This document shows positions 24,146-37,300 of a stretch of 64,000 nt of DNA, one piece after another (positions within the stretch are counted from its first letter, which is position 1; the number at the start of each line of letters is the position of its first letter). The notes under the pieces were generated by a model that made no database searches, was not told the origin of the DNA, and saw only the letters and a list, made by a program, of their open reading frames with translations. Origin of the DNA: Camelus dromedarius (lineage: Eukaryota); NCBI RefSeq assembly GCF_036321535.1, contig NC_087436.1, forward strand, positions 35,590,001-35,654,000, given 5' to 3'. The position numbers and the translations under genes were made by a program.

Positions 24146-26554
24146 TATTCAGAAATAAAGTAATAATTTTATAGCTGGTCATGTGGTAGATGTTTTGCAT
24201 GTGGTGATTTTAGAACACTCTGATTCAACCTCACTGAGAAGACAAGGGTTTTGGCTGAGTTAATGAGTTAATTTTCTCAATAACTGAAGTTCAGTCCTTG
24301 AAAGAGACACACTTTTTTTAAGATACATCTTTCAAAAGGGTAGTAAGCAGAACACTGCCTTGTTAGACAAAGTATGTGGAATATAATATAATCTTATCTT
24401 ATGATTGAGGTCATTTTATAACAATGGGTGCAGAACCGCAGCAAACCACCAACCCTCGGATTCGAGAGACAGGAGCGGCACTTCAGCCCTGCCTTGCCTG
24501 GTCTTGGGCAGCTGTGCTTTTCTGAATTCCCACCCCTGTCTCTTGTGACAGTTTGCTGGTGTCCTCAGTGGAGTTTATCAGCTGTCATGTCAGTTGACAT
24601 TTTTCTGTCCTTCTTTCCCTAGCAATCATCCCTCACCTTCTAACTTCCAGCTCCTAATTTGCTGTGGTTTTGGAAGCCATATACCATTGATGCCACAAGC
24701 ACGAACCTGTGAATGTATGAATGTGTGTATACAGATCCCTTTCTACAAAGGATTGGTGGCAGCTTTTTAAAATTATGCAATAAAAATGACAGTGATTTTT
24801 TAGGGAATTTGAACAAAGGGAAAATAAGAATAGGCAAATAATAAAGCCACGCGTCAGTAACACGCACAGACTGCATCTCCTGTAGCCCTCTATAATGGCT
24901 GGCGCTAGGTAGCAATTACAGCTCTAAGCTTCCTGGAAGCCAAAGCAAAGATGAAAAGGTAATCAACTAGTTACAGATTTACAATGATCAGAAAATAAAA
25001 ACAAGCCAGCTATTTTAAAAAAAAATTACTACCACTCTTGACATGAAGACCTAAGAGAATTTTTTTCACAGTGTTCATGATAAAGATGATATAAGACAGA
25101 ACAGGTAACGTCGTCAACGATATTCTGACAACAGCTAGTGTGATACACTGCAAATGGTGTTTCTTTAAAAAAATCCGTTGATATAAGCCAAAATCAAATA
25201 CCCAAGCAAAAGAAAACAAAGTCAAGAGTGAAAGCAATTGGTCTAAGCAACTGAGATTCTCAGTAACGTGCACCAACTTTAATAATGAACTTTATGATAA
25301 TTCTTTTCCTTGATCAAAGGTTCCTAGCACATACTTCCTAATTTATAGCTTTGTTTCAGGTATGTAGGTTTATAAACATTTATACATATTTATGGGGAAA
25401 TTTTTTTTCTTTTAGTTTCTATCTATTTAGAAACCATTAAATGCCTCTAGCCATTAGATTGAGTTAATTCTCCATTCCAGCCTTGCTACTATTTTCATTC
25501 TGTGAGAAGGCACAAACAACTCTTATTTTTTGAGCTCTCTTTACAATTGTCAGCTTCCCAACCTTCAATAAAAAGAAATGATTGCTAGATTTTTAAAGAA
25601 AATCTCCAAATTTGTCAATTAGCAAAGGGAATTGAATAAAGACAGGCTCTCACACACTAGCTAAAAGATGTTCTTTCATTTTGAGTCCTTCTCTGAAGTG
25701 AATTTCATCAAAGTTTATTCAGTGAATTTCAAAGCAAATCCACCAGCCCACTTCACCTTCCATTTAGGTCCCTAACAACAGGATTTGAGGGCTGTTCCTT
25801 ACTTTAATTCTTGACTGGTGCAGTGCCTACTGTATATAGAGAATGTTTGCAAGTTTGGATTCTCTGAACAACACAGTGAGTTCCCCACACCACATCACAA
25901 CACAATTGCTGGGCTATCAAGTAAAGCTTTTTTATCCTGCTGAGTTCAAAGTTCAAAATTTATTTCTTAGCTTAATGCAATGCTAGTGCAAGTGTGTTTA
26001 ATATATTCATTCTAAATGCCATCAGAGGACGGTGGTGTCAACATTTTGGCTTTGTTTGGACAGCTTTTGTGCAAGTGCAAACACTGAGTGTATGAAATCT
26101 AATGAGATTAGGCGCTTACTGCAAAATTAAAGGCAGGCGACCAGACTTCAAAGACGTTACCGCAGCACAAATCCCTCACTATATTTCTTGGGCCATTTCA
26201 GCAAACTGAAGTTTGAGAATCACCTTTACTGAAAGATTTTCTTCATAGCAACCCTTTAATAGAATACTTGATATTAAATGCCTCCTAAAGAGTACATGAT
26301 TTTTTTAGCTTTTTTTTTTTTGAACTGTTATTAAAGAGCACTATAATTAAGGAGGATGAAATTGAATCAAGACAAGTCAGAATTAACCAAAAGCTTTTTA
26401 ACAGACCCCAAATTAAACATGACTCCTTAAAAAAGCTGCAGATTTTGAGTGTGGTTTTGTTTTGTTTTGTTTTGTTACAAAAATATAGAAAACAACAAAA
26501 GAAATTTGAACTCATCACACAATAATGAATTTTCTCAATTTTTTCCCAGCATAA

Positions 26555-26710
26555 TTAACATTCAATAAGAGCTTACTACGTCCCAGGCACTTTCTAAGTG
26601 GTTTGTATGTATTAAGTTAATTTCAACCACAGCCTTATGAGACTGTTAATATTATTAGTCCTTACTTGCTGATGAGAAAATCAAAGCTTACTGAAATTAA
26701 GTGGTGGTTT
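26555..26710 (-). mobile_element. MIR SINE
   Basis: taacattcaataagagcttactacgtcccaggcactttctaagtg...gatgagaaaatcaaagct. Confidence 0.7.
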
Positions 26711-28683
26711 ATGAAGCTAAAAATAATAGACCCAGGGTAGAGTAGGAGATATGTGTTGAAAAACTGAGCAAGGAAGAACCTTGTATCTCATCACAAACGT
26801 TTTTAATTTCAAACAAGAGATACATAGGACCCCCCCCCCAAGAGAAGTGCCAATAAACAAACCTATATTACCCAAGAATCAGTGCTCCTGGGCACAAATC
26901 TGATTATAAAAAGCGGTATGCAAGCTTCCTTAGGGACTCCAGGGACAACGTGATTAGGAAGAAGGAAAAATCGGAGAACAGCGACAAGCCTCCTCCCTTG
27001 CAGGGGAAATGGAGACGAAATGGAGAGAGAGGCTGCCACAAGATGTCCCGAGGGAACAAGCCTGGCACCCAAACATCCAGAACCGCAACAGTAGTGAGAG
27101 GTTGGCTGGAGGAAATGGAGGTTTGTAGAAAGCAACTAACTTCAGTTTGGAGACATAACTTACTAGGTTGAATCATATAAAATAGTTATTTGACTATTTT
27201 TTTTATCTACTAAATTGGTGATTTCACGTGGTGCAACCACAGGTTTCCAGATACCCAAGTGGAGAGGCTGCTGATAACAGTGTGTCACTTTGGGTATGTG
27301 TCTGTTACAGTAAGAGCTGCATATACGGATTTGTGAGTCATCCAGACGTGGCAGGTAACTTGAAGCCATGTCAGAGGATGCATTTCCTAGGGTAGGAAAA
27401 AACAAGAGAATTGCCAGGGATACTCACAGTTAGCGTAAAGAAAGAAGTCAGTAGCATTTTAGGATAAGTAAGAAACTCTGCCATCACTAATGTTAGGCCA
27501 GAAGTGATTATTACTTTGGAAGGCAAAATCAGAAGCAAAACCTTTGGGGACAGACAAAAGATGACCATAACCGAAGTGATTTCTGTCAAATGCTGGATTA
27601 CAGGGGCTGCGAGTGTGGAGGGTGGACAGCAAGGAAATATATGGCTGTAAAATGTATGTACACATTCCCTGAACTTACTCTTGAGAGGCAGATAAAGATG
27701 CTTCTTTCTTTCTTAGTGAGACGACATGATAAATAAAAAGAGTGGAGACTACTTGAGATCTGGGTTGTTTTGTTTTGTTTTGTTTTTTCTCTTCCAAACT
27801 TGTTTATGAACATAAGTGACAGACCTTTAATCAGGCTGTACAAAGAGTTTTGTTTTCTCCTTTTAAAAGATTCCATCGCTTTAATATGGGGTATTTCATA
27901 CGTGGTTTAATTCCTTCAAGTAACCCATGGGGCACTTTCACGCACTGACAGCACTCTCGTAGTAGGCATTCCTAATGTCTGTGTGCTTCACCAATTTCCG
28001 AATCATCAGAGACAGCACATCTGAGGACAGAGAAGATGAAGTGGTGAGATCTGGGTATTTTAACAGCAAGAAAAAGAAAATATAGGTAACAGAGCAGCAG
28101 ATAGTACCCAAGATAAAAGGGTGAGAACACAGTATCTATGTATACACGACAGGAAACTCCCCCACCCCAATGCGAAAGCACAGCCCTAGAATGGGTGGAA
28201 ATGCTGGTGGATGATAACTCAAGTTTCCACAGAAGGAGGGACATTTCTGCTCTTTGTAACTTCATGTTATATACAGACCGTTTAAGAAAAAATTTGATAA
28301 CGTTTCCAGTAAGAAAAATCTGCCCTTCTCCCCAGTCACATTCTCAGAAATATTATAAATGTTAACGTCCACTAGGTAATCTTGCTCCCATGTGCACGGG
28401 AACCACTACAGTATGTTCAGGTCAGGGAGGGGCGGTTGATGGTCTTAACAGTTTTCCTGAACGTAGTGGGATTAGCCTCTGTCAGGGGGAGACCAAGAGT
28501 TTAAGAAATCACTGCAAGTTGTAAAAATACAGTGAAGTTGATGGGAGAGAAACTCATAAATGAGAAATAAATGATGTGCCAGTACCAGGAAGGACAGACA
28601 CAGAGCAAGATAATATATCACATCACCAAGCTTTACTCCTACCATTTTTCATCCCCATTTCACATTACTTACATTCTGCCTTA

Positions 28684-28858
28684 TGCATGCACACACATAT
28701 ACACACATACACACATGTGTACATGCATATACACGTACCCACAATACATATACATATAGATACACATGCACACGTGTACACATACATATACACACATGCA
28801 CATGTATACACATGGACACATATACAAAATACATATACATATAGACACACATACACGT
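28684..28858. repeat. compound (CA/TA/CATG) low-complexity microsatellite
   Basis: Mostly alternating purine-pyrimidine; aatacatatacatataga occurs twice. Source of the His/Thr- and Val/Cys-rich spurious ORFs. Confidence 0.9.
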
Positions 28859-29059
28859 AGATCCTTAAAGGGCAGGGATTATTTCTTACTTACATTTCTA
28901 TTTTACAAAAGACCCACACAGTGTCCTGCACACAGTAAACATTTAATAAGCACATTAGATGAATGGGATAATCTTATAATAGGTTACTAGATTTGATAGT
29001 TAGAATTTATAACATAATGGTTTAAAAATATTTTAAATGATTAATGACATTGAGCCTAA

Positions 29060-29200
29060 TAATAATAATTAACATTTACAGGGTGCTTACTATGGGTCAC
29101 ATTTTTATGTAGATTATCTGACTTAATCTCCATCAGAGGTAGAGACTACTATTATCGTCGTTTTACAGATTTAAAAAAATTAGGCTTAAGGAGGTTAACA
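29060..29200 (-). mobile_element. MIR SINE
   Basis: aacatttacagggtgcttactatg...ttttacagatttaaaaaaattaggcttaaggaggttaa. Confidence 0.65.
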
Positions 29201-30880
29201 TGAGTACAAGGAGTCAAGCTTGTCCTCTCTCAAAGCCATTATGCATATAACATACCTGGCCAAGTGCCACGCTTCTGTAAGGTTGCACATGGCAGCGGTC
29301 ACTGTATTACAACGCGGGTTCTAAAACGACAGCTAGCCTACCATCAGGCATCCGTAAGGACCTTGTGGCTTTTTCTGAGGCACTTCACTTTCCCATGTCC
29401 TTAGCTGTATAGTAAGAAATAGAATGAGATTTTTAAAGTAATGTCCAGCCTGAACTTCTGGACTTTAGATCTATTCCCGATAATGAAATTAACGGTAGTT
29501 AAAATTCTTCCTCCTCTTCTCTAGCTACTGCCCCAAAGCACTGATAATCTTATTTGTAAACCTGAAAGGGGTTTGTAAAAGGCTGAGGCTTTGGAGAACT
29601 GGTTGCTGGTCTTAGACTTTGTTGTCAATCTCAGACAACTCTTAATGCTACCAACAGACAAGAAAGCAAAAACTCTATAAAATTGTCTTTCACTTGTTTG
29701 TCTCAACAAGCAGCCTACAAAGAAGTAGCCAGGGAGAAGGTACGTAGAGTCATCTTACATACACTCAAGAGTGAGGCAATCACAGAAGAAATACAACTGC
29801 GACTCACAGGAAGTTCGAGAGCCTTGTCCCCAAACTATCATACGAATTCAGTGATGCAACTTTATACTTTCCCTTAGAAAGAGCATGCATTTTTAAAACA
29901 TGACAGACTCAAATGACGGTAGTATTATAAAACATGATACCAGACACCCATTAAAGTACATCTCCCAGCCAGCAGAAGGCAGAGGTAGAATATCCTGTCA
30001 CCCCCATGTAAAATGATCGTGTTCATACCTGAACAGGAAAAAGGATTCCTCACCCTCAGACTCATCAAAATATCAAGTATTTAATTATTTCACAGCTCTC
30101 TACTGTGGCTTCTCAAATGATGTTCCAGTACCTCAGAAGACTGAAACAGTAGCCAGGAGACAAAATTGAGGAAGCAGTGGCCCTCCAGCCAGATCAGAAT
30201 AATCAAGCTCAAGTAGCCAGGCTCTGCAGCAGTACACTTAGTTACACGATCCAAAGTCACTGAAAAAGGACCGATGCATTTTAATTTGAAAAAAAAAAAA
30301 AGTGGACGAGTGGATTCTGCCCAGTTTGCCTAAAGACAGAGGACCTCCTCTAAACGGAGAAGTGCCCCACAAAGATAAAGTTATCTTTTCTCTCAACAAG
30401 AACAAAGAATTGTAACACTGTCGTATTTTTGGTGTATCCTTATAACAACACTGTATTTACGTGTAACTTGATTACACCTAAAAAAATGTTAAAGGTAGAT
30501 TGTCATCAACTAGGAAACTCTTATTCTTCTTGTTGTTTCTCCCCCTTCTGCCCACTAAACAGCTTAGTCTGGCCAAAACATCCAATATCGCAAAAATTTC
30601 TCTTTCCAAAATTCCAAAGCCTTTTTAAAACCACAGATTAATTTTCCTTCTCATTAATAGAAGGGGAAATCCTGTCCCGTAGTCAAAGCCACAGAAAAGT
30701 GTTTGATGGATCACCATAAACCAGGAGGAAAAAAAAAAATGTAATGATTTCTCATCTTCAGACAGTGCTTAGTATTTGCTTACAGTTCAACTCAGAGGGA
30801 ATTATTCGCAAAAGAGAATAAGGACAAGATGTGTATTTTTTTCAAGTTAACGGAGGGATGTGGGGGATGCATACCACTCC

Positions 30881-30882
30881 GT

Positions 30883-30920
<38 letters not shown>

Positions 30921-30948
30921 GCGTGTGCGTGCGCGCATGTGTGTGTGT
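30881..30948. repeat. (TG)n/(CG)n compound microsatellite
   Basis: gtgtgt...gtgcgtgtgcgtgtgcgtgcgcgcatgtgtgt. Confidence 0.95.
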
Positions 30949-31999
30949 TAATTTAAAGGAAGTCTCACTTTCACAGGAAAACCACCCGCGGTACTAAAGA
31001 TGATGACTCTGACCCACCAGGTTGGCAGCAGGGCGCAGATTCTTGGGAAACCAGTCTCTGTGGTTCACCTCACTCCCTGATAATGACAGGCCCTTGCCTT
31101 ACCCTCAACCCTGAGAAAGAAAAAAATCCACACTCTAAAAATAAGAAGAAAGAAAATGGGAGTGAGGTTCTTGCCAATACTCGTAACCAGGAGGCCTAGA
31201 AAGAGGTCACTGGATACCCTGCTATTTATTGCCCATTTCCACCCGTAGGAAGCTGCGCTGAGAGCTTGCCAAAGGGAAAGAGAAAATAAAAATGTTCTCC
31301 ATCCTTCCTGTTTACATTAATAGAACAGAGTCACGTACAACATTCCAGCTCTATTCTTTTCCCCTTCCACACAGAGTAGCTTTTTTAGGTCAAAGTTTTT
31401 AAGAAAAAGAATTTTAAATTATATCATCAAGTTTTAAAGCTCTACCTTTCCTGCATCTTATTCTTTCTTCTATTACTCAATTGAATTTATAGAAATAAAA
31501 GATTGCTCTCATCACCTTATCTAAGGGGCCATGTTTTCTTATTTTTAATGAATGTAAGTTAAACAATCAGAAATTCCCTTAGTCCACTGTTCCAGAGCGA
31601 ACCAGCTATTTATTGAAATTGAGTTTACACTTTGAAAGAAACTTCTTCCCATGGGAAAAATAAGGTCAAATTCCTAGGATAAGAGACCATAATAAATGTA
31701 ACTTTACTGCAGAGGCCAGTGCTTTGAGGAAAGCTGAATGCAATCCCCAATCTCCTGAATCATTGTATCTTTAAAACAAAGAAACACTGTTATTGATATA
31801 CAATTACTTGTGTACTTCTCTGAGTAGGAGTTTTGCCACATAGAGGGTCCCCCTAAAAATAAAAGCATTTGACTTATTATAAAGCCCACAAAGAGATGGG
31901 GTGCTATCAAAACTTTTTGTCTCTACAGTATAATTTCCCCCAGAGCCTCAGGGCTCAGCATTCCAGCCTTTTCTCTCAGATGCTACAAAACTTCTAGAT

Positions 32000-32400
32000 C
32001 CTGGCTTCCTCCAGGTTTTCACACCCTGTTTCCTCGGCCTGGGTAGACCCTTCTTTCCCCATTACCACTCCTTATGCTTCTTCAAGCTCTCTTGTCTTTC
32101 TTGTTCTGGTGTAAATGTCACTTCTCCAGGAAATTCTCCTCTGCCTCTAGGTCTGTATTAAATCCCAGGCTGTCCAGCCCGCACCTCCGCTCCACACCAG
32201 TCACGCACTCTCACTTAGGTTTCTGAGCCCTCAAAACATTTGTGATGAATTAGTTCTTTGTATAATCATATATTTAATGGCTATGTAATTTTTATGTAAT
32301 GCCTGCCTTCTGCACTCAGTAAGCTCCCCCACAGCACAGGCCATATCTTTCTTGGTTACTGCCTGAGCATAACGGAATGTTCTGAATGAGTGACTGAAGT
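32000..32400 (+). mobile_element. L2 LINE 3' fragment
   Basis: aaatgtcacttctccaggaaattctcct...gtaagctcc...gccatatctttcttggttactgc...tgaatgagtgactgaa. Confidence 0.6.
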
Positions 32401-34320
32401 TTTGAACAATATATTCATTATGATTCTATCCACTCCATATCATTTTCAATTTCCTGGAAGCCCTAGAGAATAGGATTGGGAATATTTCATCAGAAATCAT
32501 CCTGTCTGAAGCAGTAACATCAAAAAAGGAAAGCAGTCCATGAATCTCTGACCTGTGGGGGGAGGAAAGGAAGGCAAATTAAAAAACCTTGGTGAACAGA
32601 GGGCCACAGATTGGGATGGATGATAAATCGAGAAAGGCACATGGGCAGTGGGAGGGTCAGATTATGGAGAGTTAAATTCGGGCTTGAATATAAGCCAGCA
32701 AATGTGTTTGCTTAATAAAGTGACATGATAAAGTTGTGAAGTTTTTGCAAAGGTTGAATACAATATTGACTCAAGAGGTAGAGGTCCAAGGCAGCAACCA
32801 ACTAGGAAACTAAAGTCGTCTAAGTTTGAGGCAAATTAGACCTCAGTTACTGCAGCAGGAGTGGAAATGAGAGACAAAGATTAGATTATGAGAGATCATG
32901 AAAGAAGGGCTGATACGACCGCGTGAGGGAGGGGGGCTCAAAATTCCTAGGGACATCAAATGTGCATGGAACGGAATGTGGCCCATCACAAAGAGGTCTT
33001 CCCTCTGTTCTCAGCTCTCTGGGTGACCTTGAACTTAACCTCTTCAGCCTCATCTTCTTCATCTAATTAATGTAAAGATGGACCAGATGATCCGCAACAT
33101 TTAACATTCTCTGAAATCAGCTCTTCATGAAACCAGGCGGTCTGCAAGGGTCCCGGGCGGGGAAACAAAAGAAATGTGTTTCATGTTAAGTATGTGGAGC
33201 CTGGGGTAAAGTGAGGCATCCAGGAAAAGATCTCCATCAGGCAGCTGGGAACACAGGACAGGTCAGCCTGGAAGAAAAGCAGGCTGGGGACACAGATGTT
33301 AAGAGTCAGAGGCCTCGAGTTTTTGTTGATGTGATGTGATGGGAGTGAATAAAGCAGCAGAGGGAGAGGGTGAAGGGACAGGAGAGAGCGGCCAGCTCAG
33401 ACCCTCTCTAGCGCTAAACCCCAATCTCAGGTCACTTGTGGTCACAAATCTCTCCTGGGGGTTCAAGGGTTCATTTCTTCTCCAGGACAGATCTTCTGAT
33501 CCCACTGTACAACTGCACCTTCTTTAATCCAGACTAGTGGCAAACTGTAACCCATAAGTAAGGAGGGGAAAATAAGAACGAAGAACTTGCACACCCTGTT
33601 GGTTTTGTAGCAAGTGGAGAATGCTTGAAGTCGCACTACAAGCGTAAAAGGGCTCTGCAGCCTTCAGGGCTGTCCTCTGGAAGGCCAGCTCACTACCCCG
33701 CCTTCCCTCTCCTGATGCCTCCCTGCCTGGGACCACTTCAGAGTCACCCAGCGGCACATCTGACTAAGGCGTGACAGCAGCGTGCAAAGCATTCATGCGA
33801 TGCTTAAGAGACAGTTCTGGGGAAAGAATCCCGGTCCTCTCCTTTCAATCCAATTCTCTTTTCCAGTAATCATCCTGCCTATTAAAAGCATATGTGCTAC
33901 ACCTTTAAAATTTCCTTTGCCTTCAGCTGTGAATAGTGTTCCATTGTCCGCTGCCGTCCTACCAGAGAGGGAGCATTGTGCACTTGGACAAAACTTGCAC
34001 CCTTGAGCAACTGAGGGCTCAGTTTCCTCCAGTGATCAGCAGGCAAGCAATCACTGCCAAGGGCATGATTGTATATCGGTTCTCCTTGAATTGCATATAG
34101 GAATATTGTTGCTATGTGGCCTGAGCCAAACAATCCAAGTCACCTGACATCCTCCATCCAACATTTAAGAGTCATCAAACTTAATTTCCCCTTTGTGCAA
34201 TAAAACACCAAGAGGAAGCTTTAATAGATTGTATTATGTAACGGTTCTATAAAAATAGCAGGCCAGCGCTGGAGCACTTCCTTCCTGGGGCCCAGTAACC
34301 TATGCTGAAAGGATACACAC

Positions 34321-34338
34321 TGGTTGCCCAGGCAACCA
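34321..34338. promoter_or_regulatory. RFX X-box-like palindrome
   Basis: TGGTTGCC-CA-GGCAACCA with perfect 8-bp inverted arms; core GTTGCCNNGGCAAC. Confidence 0.4.
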
Positions 34339-37300
34339 TGAGAGATGACACTAGGGGGAAAAACAGCAACAAAAGGACCATTTTTTGGCTCAGTCAAATG
34401 AGGTCTGGCTTCAAGCTTGTGATACAGTGAATACAGACAGCCCAGCACAGAGAGAGGGAACCAGTTAGCAATTCTACTCAGGCACCAGTAGCCTTGCAAA
34501 GCTGCCCCTGCTTTCGTTTTTGTTTTGTGTTTTTTTTTTTTTTTCTTTTTTTCCCCTTGATTCTTTAAAGGGGAAAAATAAGCCTTCCCCTAGTGATTTT
34601 ATTTTTAATTTTAAAAAGCAAAATCTTTCAGTGAAGTTGTACTACAGTGATCAGTAAGCAATGATTATCCTATTTTTTTCTTTCTTTTCCCAGGAGCTCA
34701 AAAAATAACTTCAGTGACATGCAATTGTCTTTTCTCCTAGATTCTTGGGGATTTGATCATGCAGGAAGCAACTGGTTTAATGGCAGTAACCCTTATAAAC
34801 AACTTCTAAATGAAAAAAAAAAAATCAGGGACACTCAAGCAATAATGTATTTTAAAAGTGAGAACCGTTTCTGGGACCCCTCTTCACAGCAGACATCAAA
34901 GGACTTTGTTTTAGCAGACTATAATCTCCTCTCTCCGGCTGGACTGAATTAGAACCCATACATTTTATTATCATCATTCTCTTCACCGTTATTATTGCTT
35001 CGCAAAAGGGGCTGCCATTTTAATTTCAGAAAATTGATCTTCCCAGTATACTGAGAATTGTGGCAGAAAGTTAGTAAACTCCTGACCTGCATCTAAACGT
35101 TTTTCCTCTTACAAGGAGGAAATGGACCCTGAGGGATTTAGAAACGTGACTTGAAACCTTTGGAAAATAAAACCAAGAATGAATCAAATGCGATTACATT
35201 CCGATTTCTAATCTAAAGCAACATCAATAGTTCTTTGCAAGTGATTCTTGAAATCAGTGCTCATAAATATGTAATGCACTTTTCATCCAAAAGACCTGTT
35301 TAAATTCTCATAGAATAAATGATTTACTTCAAGATTAGGCACTCAGCCCAAAGCAGACACCCTCTGATCAAGTGGGAATAAAAATCTGTGAAAGCAAGTG
35401 GTAAAAGCATTATGTAAATATAAACGGCAGCGATTATGATTATCCTGTGAACTGGTATGTTCTGAAGGAAGAAGGCCCCCAAAAAAATCAGCTTTGTATT
35501 CTTCAGAAAAATATCCTCTATCTGTCCTGTATTTCCAGGCTCTGTTCCTACCTCGCACTGCCCAACATCCATTAATGCAAGTGTTCACAGCATCTTTTAA
35601 TCATCTGCTTGCAGGCAATTAATTACTGTCTTCACAAACCAAAGGGAAATGGAGATTTAGAAATTATTCACTTATTTTTATCAGTGTTGTTGCCAAACTG
35701 GAGATTCTGGTCTCCAAAGGGTACAATTTGAGGCAAAATTCCAATCCTTCCCCATAAAGTTGGTTGAATCATCTCTATTTACCACATCTGGGCTTCTCCT
35801 CAGGATGGATTTAGGGGTAGATTAATCTTTAAACATCAGATGCTGTTGAAACACAAAACAGCCTTTATTATCAAAGTTGCAAACTTCAGGCTTAAGTCCT
35901 CTAAGACCCGAGACCCTGTATCCTTGGAGGAAACATATGCAGAATGCATGTGCCTTAAAGTCACTGGGCCTTATTTTCCTTTTGTGCTAAGGGTTTTGAA
36001 ATCAACAGGATTACGTTGCAGATAGTTGGGTTTTATTCAGATCTTTATTTTTGACTCTAAAAAAGGATTGGAGAAGGCTTTGATGAAATGGACGGAGAAT
36101 TAGCATTCAATAGGAGCTCGACTCCAGGGGAGAGGCCCAACTTCGAGGAAATTGAACAGTATACGTTGCTTGGTTTTCTGGTCTGTGATTTCAATTTACT
36201 GATGCTTAAGCTCATGGCACAAAATAAAGTATACAGGAGTTTTAAGCTTGGTTAAATGCCATTAAATCCATAAATCCTTTTCAGTTATTTAAGAAATACT
36301 AAATAACATGAAGCTAGGATAAATATTTCCCAAGCCTCAGATTCTCAATGTAGCGTCTCCCCTGATTGCTTTCCGCATGGACTATGTCAATATGAATAAT
36401 GATGTTAATCATATGACCATTCCTCCCAGAGGTTATGGAATCTACAGTACCCTACGTATATTTATACAGGAGGAAAAGTACATTATAAAGTGTGAGATAA
36501 AGCTCCAGTGTTCATTGAAGCTTGCTATACGCAAGGTTGTTCTTTCTGCCTTGTAGGAATTTACAGCGTAGGCAGGTTTAACACATAAACCTATACAAAG
36601 ATAACCTCCACCACCAGGCACTCTGTAAGCCCTCAGGAAGGGCTACAGCTAACAAATACCAGAGCAGTTTTTTCGGTAACAGAGATCTCTGTGGGCTGGA
36701 TGGACCAGGGAGGCTGAGAAAAACATAGAATTTAGGCAGGTAAAGAGGAGTGAGACTGGGAAGGGAGAAGGTTTGAGCAAAGGAGCCCGGATACTAACAC
36801 TCACGGCGTATTCACAAGACCATGGGGGAGACGGAGGGTGTGGAGGTGAAAACAGAAGGCTTGGAGGAGAGAAAGGCAGGAAATAGCATTATCTGCATTT
36901 ATAGGAAAGAAAATGTAGATCAGTCACCATATGCTCTTGAGCTCCAAGGAAACTTCAACATCATCTTCATGTAATTTGGGGCAAGACTCTTCAACTCTGC
37001 CTGCCTCATGTCCGTCTGTAAGATGGAGTTAATAACGAGTAATAATGACACTGTCTTGTAATGCATTAAACAAAGACTGGTTGTCATCTTACCCAGGTCC
37101 CTCGGTTGGGAGTGTCATTCCTTTTCATATACCATTTCTGTGTTCATTTGCTCAGTCTCAAGTTGTGCTGTCTATTTAGTGAGACTGGATACCCCGAACC
37201 CAGCCCACAACCATATCCTCTCTAAGACATCCACAGAGACACAGAAGCCGGTAAATTGTCCCCACTTGCCTATAGGAGGAAAGAGGCCCTGAGAGAGCAG

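Noticed and set aside
28571..28990. His/Thr- and Val/Cys/Tyr-rich ORFs
   Set aside because: Translations of the CA/TA microsatellite.
34670..34710. Strong plus-strand acceptor (tttcttttcccag|G)
   Set aside because: T-rich tract with no paired donor or sustained recognisable reading frame.
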